NCBI GenBank assembly: GCA_015062815.1
Contig: SUTP01000001.1
Coordinates: forward strand, 34,062-98,061
Direction of reading: 5' to 3'
DNA length: 64,000 nucleotides
DNA from: Methanosphaera stadtmanae
Lineage (GTDB): Archaea; Methanobacteriota; Methanobacteria; Methanobacteriales; Methanobacteriaceae
In this document: positions 1-9,990 of the stretch, one piece after another
Layout: every line of letters begins with the position of its first letter
How positions within the stretch are numbered: the stretch's first letter is position 1
The notes under the pieces: generated by a model
The model's database searches: none
Seen by the model: the letters and a program-made list of their open reading frames with translations, nothing else
Told to the model about the DNA's origin: nothing
Translations under genes and position numbers: made by a program

Positions 1-1
1 T

Positions 2-367
2 AAGGATGGTATTCGTGAGTTTGAATGTCCGGTGATAAATATTAAAACTATTTGGGCCAAATCTTTGGATAGCTTGGCACGTATAGGATTGTCAATAGAT
101 AATCATGGTGAAGTTTTATCTCATAAATTAGAAGTTGAACGTGATTTTGTTTTTACTATAGGGGATGTTGGTCAGGTAAATGAACATAAATTTAAGATAT
201 ATGGTTTTAAAACATTAGAACGTAGTATGAAAAAGGGATATGCTTATGCAAAAGTAATTAAAAGAATATATGGTTCTTTACTTCCAACAAATGATAAATC
301 CAGAGTAAAATATGATTTATCTGAATATGTTGTTAAAACTACAATAAAAGAAAGAAATTATAATTAA
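2..367 (+). CDS. HVO_0476/COG1326-family archaeal Zn-finger protein, C-terminal part (5' truncated by window)
   Basis: Frame is open from base 2 (KDGIREFECPVINIKTIWAKS...). The TIWA...IGD...IKRIYG pattern resembles this family. Confidence 0.6.
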   Translation, partial: KDGIREFECPVINIKTIWAKSLDSLARIGLSIDNHGEVLSHKLEVERDFVFTIGDVGQVNEHKFKIYGFKTLERSMKKGYAYAKVIKRIYGSLLPTNDKSRVKYDLSEYVVKTTIKERNYN

Positions 368-375
368 GGGATATA

Positions 376-1650
376 ATGAAAGTATATTTAGAAACTCATG
401 GATGTACTTATAATCAAGCAGATACTAATTTAATGACTTCTATGCTTGAAGAAGATTATGAAATTGTTGATAATCTTGAAGAGTCTGATGTAGTTATATT
501 AAATACATGTTATGTTAAACTTCCAACAGAACAAAAAATGATTATGAAAATTAGGGATATAAAAGAAAATTTTCCTGAAAAAACTTTAATTATAGCAGGG
601 TGTATGGTTGAAGTAGATCCTATAAGATTAAATAAATTTGCACCAGATAACTCTTGGATTGGGCCTCATAAAATAGATAAAGTATCTGAAATTGTTAAAA
701 AATCGATTAATGGAGAAATTGTTCAAGAATACGGAAAAACAAATATTATAAAAGCAGGTCCTAATAAAAAAGTAGAAGATTCCATTATACATATTCTTCA
801 GATAAGTGAAGGATGTAATGGTGGTTGTACTTTCTGCTGTACCAAAGTAGCACGAGGTAATTTAGTTAGTTATCCAACAAAAGATATTGTGGATGAAGCA
901 AAAGATGCTTTAAATAAAGGTGCTAAGGAATTACAAGTTACTGCTCAAGATACTGCTTGTTATGGTTCGGATTCAGATGATTCTTTTGCGAATTTACTAA
1001 ATCAGTTAAGTTCTCTTGAAGGAGATTTTCGTATACGTGTGGGTATGATGCATCCTAAAAGTCTCAAAAATCAAGTAGATGATGTTGTTGATGCTTTTAA
1101 AAAAAGTGATAAACTATTCAAATTCATTCATCTTCCAATCCAAACGGGTAGTGATAAAGTTTTAAAGGAAATGAATAGAGGAAATACTATTGCCGAATTT
1201 GAAGATATCATTAACAAGTTTCGTAAAGAAATACCCGATATATCTATAGCTACAGATATTATAGTAGGATATCCAACAGAAACTGAGGAAGATTTTCAAA
1301 AAACTTTAGATTTATTAAAAAAAGTTAAACCTGATGTAATTCACGTCTCAAGATATATGCATAGGCCTGGAGCTAAATCAAGTTCGCTTCAAGCAGTTAA
1401 TCATAAGGTAATGAAAAATAGATCCCATAGACTAAATGAAGTTAAAACTCAGGTAATGCTTGAAAAAAATAAACAATATGAAGGAAGTATTCATACAGCT
1501 TTAATAACTTCTGAAGGCTCATCTGGAGGATTTGCAGGTTATACTGATAACTATAAAAATATTATAATTGATGATGCTGAGGTAGGTTCTTTTTTAAAGG
1601 TCAAAATAATTGAAGGTAAACGAACTTATTTATTATCTGAAAAAATATAA
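376..1650 (+). CDS. MiaB-like radical SAM tRNA methylthiotransferase (archaeal MtaB type)
   Basis: N-terminal UPF0004 Cys motifs (THGCTYN, LNTCYV, AGC), CNGGCTFC radical SAM motif, TDIIVGYPTET, C-terminal TRAM-like region. Confidence 0.92.
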   Translation: MKVYLETHGCTYNQADTNLMTSMLEEDYEIVDNLEESDVVILNTCYVKLPTEQKMIMKIRDIKENFPEKTLIIAGCMVEVDPIRLNKFAPDNSWIGPHKIDKVSEIVKKSINGEIVQEYGKTNIIKAGPNKKVEDSIIHILQISEGCNGGCTFCCTKVARGNLVSYPTKDIVDEAKDALNKGAKELQVTAQDTACYGSDSDDSFANLLNQLSSLEGDFRIRVGMMHPKSLKNQVDDVVDAFKKSDKLFKFIHLPIQTGSDKVLKEMNRGNTIAEFEDIINKFRKEIPDISIATDIIVGYPTETEEDFQKTLDLLKKVKPDVIHVSRYMHRPGAKSSSLQAVNHKVMKNRSHRLNEVKTQVMLEKNKQYEGSIHTALITSEGSSGGFAGYTDNYKNIIIDDAEVGSFLKVKIIEGKRTYLLSEKI

Positions 1651-1712
1651 GAATATATAGAATAAGAATGAATATAGTATATGAATGTAAAAATAAAAAA
1701 ATAATAAAGTGA

Positions 1713-2495
1713 ATGATTATTATGAATTATATAGCATGTCGTAATTGTAAACATTTTTTTCAAGTTAATGCAGACATGCCATTAAACTTTGATAAATGTG
1801 AAAACTGTGGACATACATTAGAATTTGCAGGTGATGAAAGAGAACTACAATTTATTTTAAGAGATATAGAATTACCTAAAGTTTCTTATAATAAAGTGTG
1901 TTCTGTTTGTAAATCTTCTAACCCTCGTGAAACTGGGGCTTGTTTATATTGTGGATCTACTAGTTTCCAATTACAGTATGATTTAGAAAGTATCAATAGA
2001 TATCAACAATCTTTAAATAATTTGGATGAAAGTAATAAAGAATATATAAAACAAGAAACAGCTGTTAATCAGCCATCAAAATCTATGAATTGGATATTTA
2101 AAATATTTTCCGTGTTTATGGGATTAATTGATTTTTTACTTTTCGCATCTCTTGGAATTGAATTATTCATAGGTGATACTAATCTATTATCTACTAATCC
2201 AATGGTTTTTGCTCAACAGCATTTCAATCAAATTTTATTGATAACCGTTTGTTCTTTATTAATAGCAGGTATTTTAGCTATTTTCATACTTCCAAAAATG
2301 AGTTATAAAAACTCTTTTTTAACATCAGCTATGATTGGTGTTATTATAGGAGTAGTAACAGGAATATTATCCAAAAGTTTATTGGTATTTATCATAGGTG
2401 CAATTTTATTTGGATTTTTAACAGGTATTGGTGGAGTAATTGGAGAAGTACTTGTTAGAAAAATAATTCGTAGAATAGGACCTAAAACATATTAA
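1713..2495 (+). CDS. double zinc-ribbon membrane protein, function unknown
   Basis: CRNC/CENC and CSVC/CLYC pairs, then ~4 hydrophobic Gly-rich helices. Confidence 0.7.
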   Translation: MIIMNYIACRNCKHFFQVNADMPLNFDKCENCGHTLEFAGDERELQFILRDIELPKVSYNKVCSVCKSSNPRETGACLYCGSTSFQLQYDLESINRYQQSLNNLDESNKEYIKQETAVNQPSKSMNWIFKIFSVFMGLIDFLLFASLGIELFIGDTNLLSTNPMVFAQQHFNQILLITVCSLLIAGILAIFILPKMSYKNSFLTSAMIGVIIGVVTGILSKSLLVFIIGAILFGFLTGIGGVIGEVLVRKIIRRIGPKTY

Positions 2496-2595
2496 TAATT
2501 TCTTTTTTTCTATTTTCTTTTAATTTTAATTAAATATAATTATAATATAAAAATAATTTTAAAAATAGTAATTTAATAATTTTAAAAATAAGGTA

Positions 2596-2667
<72 letters not shown>

Positions 2668-2688
2668 ATTTAACATCTTTTGAGAATA

Positions 2689-2760
2689 TGGGTCGAACGA
2701 GATTCGAACTCGCGATCCCCTCCACGTCAAGGAGGTATCATACCTCTAGACCACCGACCC
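2689..2760 (-). tRNA. tRNA-Val(GAC)
   Basis: 72-nt cloverleaf GGGTCGG...CCTCC-TT-GAC-GT-GGAGG...TTCGAAT...TCGACCC-A; 21 nt upstream of tRNA-Phe, probably co-transcribed. Confidence 0.97.
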
Positions 2761-2954
2761 AGAAATATAATTTTCTAAAGACTATATAATTATATTCATG
2801 TTTTAATATTTATACTTTTTTATTAAACTTGTAATTGTAAAAATATAATTTTATTATATCTATTATTTTTTTTTTAAAAAAAAATATAAATTTAATTCAA
2901 TAGATACAATAAATATAAAGTTTACATATTAAAACTAATTTATGGGGAATAAAT

Positions 2955-3392
2955 ATGAGTCTTGATAGTTCTATTGAAACAACATTAAATGAAATACAAA
3001 AAGTTATGAATACTAATTCAATAATTGGAAATCCTATTAAAACTAATGAAAAAATAATTATACCTGTTTCCAAAGCAGCATTAGGTTTTGGTGTTGGTAA
3101 CGGTAAATATGAAGGTGGAAATAAAACAGAACTTGGGGGTGTTGGTGGTGGAGGTTCTATTGATCCTGTTGCATTCCTAGTTATTTATACTAATATTCCT
3201 GGACCTGATGGTGTACAAGTAATTCCAGTTGATGCTATTGATACACCTTTAGAAGATTTATTACAAGGTGTTGGTGGATTACTTTTCAGTCTAATTGATA
3301 ATTCTACTAAGCAACCTCAAAATTCAGAAGATGATCAAGGAACTATTGATAAAATAAAAACAAAAATAAAAACTGAAAAAGATAGTGAATAA
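2955..3392 (+). CDS. GerW/YtfJ family protein
   Basis: IIGNPI..IIIPVSK..GFGVG..GGGGSIDPVAFLVI signature; SD ggggaa. Confidence 0.88.
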   Translation: MSLDSSIETTLNEIQKVMNTNSIIGNPIKTNEKIIIPVSKAALGFGVGNGKYEGGNKTELGGVGGGGSIDPVAFLVIYTNIPGPDGVQVIPVDAIDTPLEDLLQGVGGLLFSLIDNSTKQPQNSEDDQGTIDKIKTKIKTEKDSE

Positions 3393-3479
3393 TTTTTTTT
3401 TATTTTTAACTTATTATTTTTTTCATAATATCTTTTGTTAAATATAATATACATTGTATTAAAAATAGGTTTTGGAATA

Positions 3480-4148
3480 ATGATATTTGAATTTTTAATT
3501 ATACTATTGATAATTTTAGTAGTGTTATTTCTTATATTAATTTTAAAATCAATATATGTACATGTAGTATTAAAAATTAATGATTTTTCATTATATGGGT
3601 TTTTTGAGATAAATTATTTTTTTATTAACATTAAATTAAACTTATCTGAAAAAAATATTATAATTAACTTTAAAATTATGTCTCATGTAGTCACACTTAA
3701 AAAATTGTCATTTGATAACAAAACTAAATCAAAAGAAAATGATGAAGATTCAAAATTATCAAAAGATGAAACTAAAAAAATATCTATGGATAAGTTTAAA
3801 TTAGTAATATCGCAACTAGTAAAATCTCATGAAGATATATTAAAATTAATTCCATTATTATTAAAAATGTTAAAATTTTTGGATAATTATACTAAAATTA
3901 GCTTTGGTTTAAAAGATAATTATTGGACTATGAAATTGACAGGAATAATTTATGCTATAACTTCACCTTTTTATGCCATTGGTTTGGATTTACTAATAAT
4001 TCCAATTGTAAATGAGTTGCAGTTAGATATGGAATCAAATATATATGTTGAAATAAAAACAAGGTATATTTTCGTATTATTATTTAACATAATCAAATCT
4101 AAAAATATACGATTATTAATTAGACAAATAATTGGTGTGATGAAATGA
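3480..4148 (+). CDS. DUF2953/YtfI-like membrane-anchored protein
   Basis: N-terminal TM helix; FGLKDNYWT..LTG motif; usual neighbour of ytfJ; ATG 3480 preferred over TTG 3435. Confidence 0.6.
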   Translation: MIFEFLIILLIILVVLFLILILKSIYVHVVLKINDFSLYGFFEINYFFINIKLNLSEKNIIINFKIMSHVVTLKKLSFDNKTKSKENDEDSKLSKDETKKISMDKFKLVISQLVKSHEDILKLIPLLLKMLKFLDNYTKISFGLKDNYWTMKLTGIIYAITSPFYAIGLDLLIIPIVNELQLDMESNIYVEIKTRYIFVLLFNIIKSKNIRLLIRQIIGVMK

Positions 4149-4369
4149 TTGAAAAGAAATATTTTATTTTGAAATCTTTTGAAATACAGGATAGAATTAT
4201 TTATCCTATTGTTAAATTAAACTTATTAAAATTTAATAATTTATTTTATCATATCACATATAAAGTAGTTGCATTTAAGATATCAGAAAATAATCAGGTT
4301 TATTATAAAAATATAAGTTTATCTTTGGATAATTTTGAAAATTTAAAAAAAAAGAATAAAATGAATTAA
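4145..4369 (+). CDS. small hypothetical protein, possibly a divergent YtfJ-like paralog
   Basis: ATGA overlap with upstream stop; IIYPIVK...VVAFKI echoes the YtfJ strands. Confidence 0.55.
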   Translation: MIEKKYFILKSFEIQDRIIYPIVKLNLLKFNNLFYHITYKVVAFKISENNQVYYKNISLSLDNFENLKKKNKMN

Positions 4370-4399
4370 AGATTTAAACGTATGGTTTTTAATCATTAA

Positions 4400-4606
4400 T
4401 TATAATTTTTTGTAAGCGACAGCAATATCTTCTGCTTTTAGAGTTTTTCTGCCATTTTCTTTAGCATTTTCTAATGCTAATTTGGTGATGTGTGCTGCTT
4501 CTTCTTCTAAAATTGCTGAAAGCTCAACTTTAGCGTCATCACTTACTCTTTCAGCTCCTCCATTTTTAATAATTCTTCCTAATGGAGTTAAAGGTAATTC
4601 AGTCAT
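4400..4606 (-). CDS. archaeal histone (HMf family)
   Basis: 68 aa, ELPLTPLGRIIK.GAERVS...GRKTLKAEDI; SD gaggtg. Confidence 0.97.
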   Translation of the reverse strand: MTELPLTPLGRIIKNGGAERVSDDAKVELSAILEEEAAHITKLALENAKENGRKTLKAEDIAVAYKKL

Positions 4607-4941
4607 ATGACACCTCTTTTTCTATTATATTTTTTTTTATTTATAGAATTTTTATTAAATTCTGATAAATAATTTTTTTTAAATTATTAAAATTTAATAG
4701 AATTTTATTCACTAAATTCATTATTTTGTGAATATTCTCTTGATTAAATTTGTTACTCTTATGTTATATCTTTAAATATTAATATATTTTTAGTTTAAAA
4801 TAAAATAAAGCTCATATCTTTAATTACACATAAAAAGAAGTATTGGTAATTATAGTCTATTTAAAAAACTAGAATTTATTGGTTTTATTCATTATACTTA
4901 TATTATTTTTGATACTGAAATTGAATTGATTAAAATATACT

Positions 4942-4994
4942 TTTTTTTTAATTTTTTTTAATTTTTTTTAATTTTTTTTTAATTTTTTTTTTTT
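4942..4994. repeat. low-complexity tandem (AATTTTTTTT)n tract
   Basis: About 5 units of AA + T8-12 between the tes 3' end and the histone promoter. Confidence 0.7.
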
Positions 4995-5165
4995 AATAAT
5001 TACTATTTTTTTAACAATTATTTTTTTTTATTTACATTGTTGATTTTTTTATCTATTTTTTAAAAAATATATAAATTATACAAAAAATAGGGATAATATT
5101 ATTAGTATAAATTTGGTTTTAAAAATTGTTTTTTTTTTTAAAAGAAGATGGGTGGGGATGTTGAA

Positions 5166-6707
5166 CTATTTTTGTTGGGCTTGTTCTAAAGCTGCTTGTT
5201 TTACTTGTCTTAATATTTCTTTACTTCTTTCAGAGTCAAGAGGTATGTTAAATTTTTCTTCAACACCTTCTCTGTATAAATTATTCATTGTACAGAATGG
5301 TATTATTCTTCCATCTGGTGTGGCATAATGTATTACACATCGTTTTACTCTGTTTTGGTCGAAATTAAATGGATCCATGAAATGCATGCATGAGATTAAT
5401 AATGCATTCATATGGAAGTCACCTAATGCACCATAGTCTTGTTTTAGGAATATGTTTTTTAATAGTTCTGTTATATTAATGTATGATGGTGATTTATTTC
5501 TGTTCACGGTTTTTGGTAGTTCTTTTAGTGCTCTTGCGAGTGTTTTTGTTTTACCTAGTTTGGTTCCTTTTTCTAGGTCAGGTATACTTTTTTCAAGTAA
5601 TGATAAGAATTGATCTACATCAATAAATTCTGTGATAGGTATAACACTTCCATCTTCTTCTCTAAATACGTATGTTCCTACTCCGCAGTGTTCATGGCAG
5701 GTTAATGTTACTTCATAGTCTTTATTCATTGCAGCTATTAAATCGGAAATTGGAGCTACTGATGAAGCTGGGTAAAATGATTTTTTGGATATTTGTCCAT
5801 CTGTTTGTTTTTCTACTTCACTGATTAAATCATCAATGGTTATACGTTGTTCTTCTACTTTATCTGATGGTGTTCGTCCAGCAAATGATACTGGTTGGAA
5901 GTTCACTCCTCTTATTACATCGAGATTATCTAATGCAAATTGGATTATGTCTCCTATTTGATGATCATTCATACCTTTTACTAGTGTTGGTACTAATACT
6001 ATTCCTAAGTGTGCTTTTCTACAGTTTTCAATAGCTTGGTATTTTTTATCTAAGATGTCTGCATTTCTTGATTGAATGTAGGGTTCTTTGGTCACACCAT
6101 CAAATTGTAGATATACTGTGTTTAATCCTGCATCTTTTAATACTTTTGCATAATTTTCATCTTTTGCTAGTGTTATTCCATTGGTGGCTATTTGTGTATG
6201 TGTGAATCCTTCTTCTTTTGCCATTTTTATGAGTTCTGGTAAGTCTGGTCGTACTGTTGGTTCTCCTCCAGAGTATTGGATAGCTGGTGTTGGTACTGGG
6301 CGGTTGTCACGTAAATTTTTTAACATATTGCGGATTTCTTCTTGGGTTGGTTCAAATAATGTTCCAGATTCTGCCGCATTTGCAAAACATATTGGACATC
6401 TTAAGTTACATCTATTTGTAACATCAATTAATCCTAATATGGTTTGACTTTCATGTTCAGAACATAGTCCGCAATTAGAAGGGCATTCTCCTGTTGCTTC
6501 ATTTAGGTTGGTTAAGCTATGTTCTTCGGATTCATAAGCGATAGCTTTTTTATATGCTTGAGCGTTATGCCAGTATGTATTTTTGAAATTTCCATGTTCG
6601 GGACATGTTTTTTCTATGTATACTTTATCGTCTTCGATGTATACTTCAGCATCAAGTAATTCTAAACATTCTGGACATAAACTTTTTGTTTTGGTAACAG
6701 TTTCTAT
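5166..6707 (-). CDS. tes: tetraether lipid synthase Tes (GDGT-MAS, MJ0619-like radical SAM), 513 aa, ATA start
   Basis: Frame open 127 codons upstream of the ORF-track start: TKSLCPEC..CPEHG..CPSNCGLC..DVTNRCNLRCPICFA; C-terminal CHEHC, RCVIHY, IIPFC; SD AGGAGG 7 nt before ATA; in-frame TGA just upstream. Confidence 0.85.
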   Translation of the reverse strand: METVTKTKSLCPECLELLDAEVYIEDDKVYIEKTCPEHGNFKNTYWHNAQAYKKAIAYESEEHSLTNLNEATGECPSNCGLCSEHESQTILGLIDVTNRCNLRCPICFANAAESGTLFEPTQEEIRNMLKNLRDNRPVPTPAIQYSGGEPTVRPDLPELIKMAKEEGFTHTQIATNGITLAKDENYAKVLKDAGLNTVYLQFDGVTKEPYIQSRNADILDKKYQAIENCRKAHLGIVLVPTLVKGMNDHQIGDIIQFALDNLDVIRGVNFQPVSFAGRTPSDKVEEQRITIDDLISEVEKQTDGQISKKSFYPASSVAPISDLIAAMNKDYEVTLTCHEHCGVGTYVFREEDGSVIPITEFIDVDQFLSLLEKSIPDLEKGTKLGKTKTLARALKELPKTVNRNKSPSYINITELLKNIFLKQDYGALGDFHMNALLISCMHFMDPFNFDQNRVKRCVIHYATPDGRIIPFCTMNNLYREGVEEKFNIPLDSERSKEILRQVKQAALEQAQQK

Positions 6708-7224
6708 TTTACTTCCTCCTCATAATTCAAACAATAATTATTAAAAAATATTCTATTTTTTATTTTTAGTTATAAGCGTTTATTATGTTTATTATATGTT
6801 ATTATATTATACTTTAATGTTGCTATTTTTATTATGGTATTTTATCAAAAGTTTTCACATTTATGTTAATTATATTTTGATAATTACTTCTTATGGGGAT
6901 GATAAATTAGTTATAGTTATAAATAGTAGGGTGCTTATTTGGCTTTGAAAAAATAGTATTTTTCTTAGTTATTGTGTATTATATATTATGTGTAGATAAT
7001 GGTGTTTGTTCTGGTTGATATTAAGGTTAAAAATTAGTGATTTTGTATGATATGTATGTTTTCATTTTTAAAAATAGAATATTCTATACTAGTTTTATGG
7101 ATATATTTTTCTTCATTAATGAATAATTCAAGGAGTAATTCATATGGATAATATTTCAATTAGTAAAACACTATAATTAAAATGTATATATGTAGTAATA
7201 GTTTATAATTTAGGAGTCTTATTA

Positions 7225-7788
7225 ATGGATTTATTAACATTGATTTTTTATTCAATTTACTTTATGATTCCAGCATACCTTGCTAATGGTTCAGCACTTG
7301 TATTTGGTGGAGGAACACCAGTGGATTTTGGTAAAAATGCGTGGGATGGTAGAAGAATTATTGGGGATGGTGTAACTTGGCGTGGAACTATTTTAGCAGG
7401 TCTTTTTGGTATGTTTATTGGTGGTTTATTGGGTTTTCTGGCTTCTTTGGGTATAGGAACGGGTTTCTTTGATATGCTTACTAGTCAAATTTTTTATTTG
7501 AATGGTTATATATCTAAAGGATTATTAGTTGGATTTTTATTAGGTTATGGTGCTTTAATTGGGGATGCTATAGGTAGTTTTTTAAAAAGAAGGCTTAATT
7601 TCGAGCGTGGAAAACCAGTTCCTCTTTTAGATCAATTGGATTTTGTAATTGTTGCATTAATCTTTTCCTCATTAGTTGTCAATATTAGTTTTGAAATGGT
7701 CATTATGATTTTAATACTTAGTGTATTTTTACATTTAGGGGCTAATATTTTTGCATATGTTATTGGATTAAAAGATGTGTGGTATTAA
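7225..7788 (+). CDS. carS: CDP-archaeol synthase
   Basis: [41 protein letters not shown] motifs. Confidence 0.93.
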   Translation: MDLLTLIFYSIYFMIPAYLANGSALVFGGGTPVDFGKNAWDGRRIIGDGVTWRGTILAGLFGMFIGGLLGFLASLGIGTGFFDMLTSQIFYLNGYISKGLLVGFLLGYGALIGDAIGSFLKRRLNFERGKPVPLLDQLDFVIVALIFSSLVVNISFEMVIMILILSVFLHLGANIFAYVIGLKDVWY

Positions 7789-7936
7789 TTTTTTTTTCCT
7801 TTTTTTTTTGATTTAATTTTTATCTCTTTTTTACAATTAATAATATTAAATTTCAAAAAAGTAGTGAAAAGTAGTTATTTTTTTGTTTTAATATAGGGTA
7901 TATGTCTAAAAAATGGTTTTTATTTGGTGTTGTCGC

Positions 7937-8983
7937 TTAGTCTATGAATATTGGAAGATTTTCTTTTATTTCTGATGTTAGTTCCAGATACATTATTATT
8001 GAACCTAAAGTTGGGGTAATGTCACATAGTTCTTTTGATAAAAATTCTTCTAAATCAATAATGTTTAATCCTAATTGTTTAGCTGCTTTTTTACATATTG
8101 TTCCGTGACTTAAATTTGTTATAACTACTGTATCTAGTCCTGTTCTTTCAACTACTTTTAGTAATCCTTTACTAACTTGTATTATTTGTTGGTTATGTAT
8201 GTATTGGGCAATATTTTCAATATTTTCATTGGATATTGTGTCTAAATCACCACATACTACTCTTGAAAGTCTTCGTTTACAGGATATCAAATCTTTACAG
8301 TTTCCATCAGGTGTATTGCATGTATATTTGTCTTCGGTAATATTTCCTAAAATCATGTTGACATCAGCTGTTATAGCAAATAATTCGCTGCTTACTGTGG
8401 CAGTTTTTGAGTTTACAGGTACTTCATGAGTTATTGTAGCTACATTTGTTCTTAACATTCCAGTATAAACTAATTCTCCGGCACATAATCTATCGGTATC
8501 ATCATGTCCGATTGCAGCTTCTTTTTTATTAATAATTGGTATGATGTCTGTTGTGGTAGAGCCCATATCCATGAACACACAATTTTTTTTGATATATTTA
8601 ATTAGCGCAGCACTTCCAATCCAATTTGCAGCTGCCGCATTTAATGGATTTTCTTTGATTTCTTCATAATCTTTTAATCCATCATAAGTGACATATTTAA
8701 CAATTTTTTTATTAAATAAATCATCAACAATATCTATGATGTAGTTTATACCTTCTTTTTTACTTATGAAACCATCAGATAATTCTGCTGTTATTGTAAC
8801 ACATATTACATCTGCATCATATTTTTTAAACTCATTGAGTAAGTTGTATAACTCTTCTTTTTTATTCCACATTGGCAGATATTCTTTTGATGTTTTTAAT
8901 AGTTTTAATTTATTTTCATCTGTAATGTTGAATATACAACAATCAGTATTTGCTCCACCAATGTCTAATCCCATAATTTTCAT
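7937..8983 (-). CDS. mfnF: methanofuran biosynthesis protein MfnF (hydantoinase A-like)
   Basis: GLDIGGANT, YLPMW, TAELSD, AAANW, DMGSTTTDIIPI, ELVYTG.LRT; adjacent to mfnD. Confidence 0.85.
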   Translation of the reverse strand: MKIMGLDIGGANTDCCIFNITDENKLKLLKTSKEYLPMWNKKEELYNLLNEFKKYDADVICVTITAELSDGFISKKEGINYIIDIVDDLFNKKIVKYVTYDGLKDYEEIKENPLNAAAANWIGSAALIKYIKKNCVFMDMGSTTTDIIPIINKKEAAIGHDDTDRLCAGELVYTGMLRTNVATITHEVPVNSKTATVSSELFAITADVNMILGNITEDKYTCNTPDGNCKDLISCKRRLSRVVCGDLDTISNENIENIAQYIHNQQIIQVSKGLLKVVERTGLDTVVITNLSHGTICKKAAKQLGLNIIDLEEFLSKELCDITPTLGSIIMYLELTSEIKENLPIFID

Positions 8984-8991
8984 AGTTTCAC

Positions 8992-9978
8992 CTAATTGAT
9001 AAATTTACCTTCATTTAGTATTTGGATTTCAAAGTCTTTTTTACCTAAACTAATGTCTATTAAGAATTTGGTTAGGTTGACATTAGTATTTTCATGTAAT
9101 ACTATAAATGGTGTTGTGATTCTTGAATTTATTTCAACAAAGTATATTTTTTTGTCTTGAATAATAAAATCCAGGCCTATAAATCCTTTTAATCCGGGTA
9201 TTGATTTCACGATTTTTTCTGATATTTTATATAGTTCATTTTTGAGTGGATGGTTTATAGGACTTATACAGCCTTTATATTTGAATTGATTTTTTTTATT
9301 TTCTATTATTTGTGAATTTAAGCTTATACATTGAATATATTCTTCATTACAGATTATACTTGTACTTACAGAGTTACCTTCAATATATTTTTGAATTAAT
9401 ATGTCTTCAATGTTATTTTCTTTATATATATTTAGTATTTTATTGAATTCGTTTTCAGTATGTACTTTGTAAATAAAATTGGATGATGTTTGATTATCTG
9501 GTTTGATTATTAATTCATTTTGTTTGAAAATATCTTTTATTTTATGGTAAGTGCATTGATTTATATTTTTTTTAATGGAGGGTATTTTCTTAATATCATG
9601 AGGTATATATTTATATGTTTTATTTTTGCTCGAACAGATGGATGAAGCATAACTATTTGATCCTAAAATGATTACATTATTTTTTTCTAATATTCTGGTA
9701 ATATTGTATTGTATAAAGTTATCTTCAGGAGCAATAAATAAACAATAATCATAAAAAGAGGCGTTTTTATCTAACCATTCCATTAAATTAGTAGTAATAT
9801 GAATATTTTTACAATTATTGAGACCTTCAATTTTATAATTTTTATTAATTAAATAATAAACTTCAAATTCGTTTATATTATCTAAATCAGTTAATATGCT
9901 ATGGAGCATATTGAAACCTTCATGAACTAAATGGTTGTCTGATGAAATTGTAGAGTATTCAAATACTAATATTTTCAT
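8992..9978 (-). CDS. mfnD: tyramine--L-glutamate ligase MfnD (ATP-grasp)
   Basis: KILVFEY, EGFNML, FIAPE, IIKP, GFIGLD, VEINSRITT. Confidence 0.8.
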   Translation of the reverse strand: MKILVFEYSTISSDNHLVHEGFNMLHSILTDLDNINEFEVYYLINKNYKIEGLNNCKNIHITTNLMEWLDKNASFYDYCLFIAPEDNFIQYNITRILEKNNVIILGSNSYASSICSSKNKTYKYIPHDIKKIPSIKKNINQCTYHKIKDIFKQNELIIKPDNQTSSNFIYKVHTENEFNKILNIYKENNIEDILIQKYIEGNSVSTSIICNEEYIQCISLNSQIIENKKNQFKYKGCISPINHPLKNELYKISEKIVKSIPGLKGFIGLDFIIQDKKIYFVEINSRITTPFIVLHENTNVNLTKFLIDISLGKKDFEIQILNEGKFIN

Positions 9979-9990
9979 TATATCACAGTA

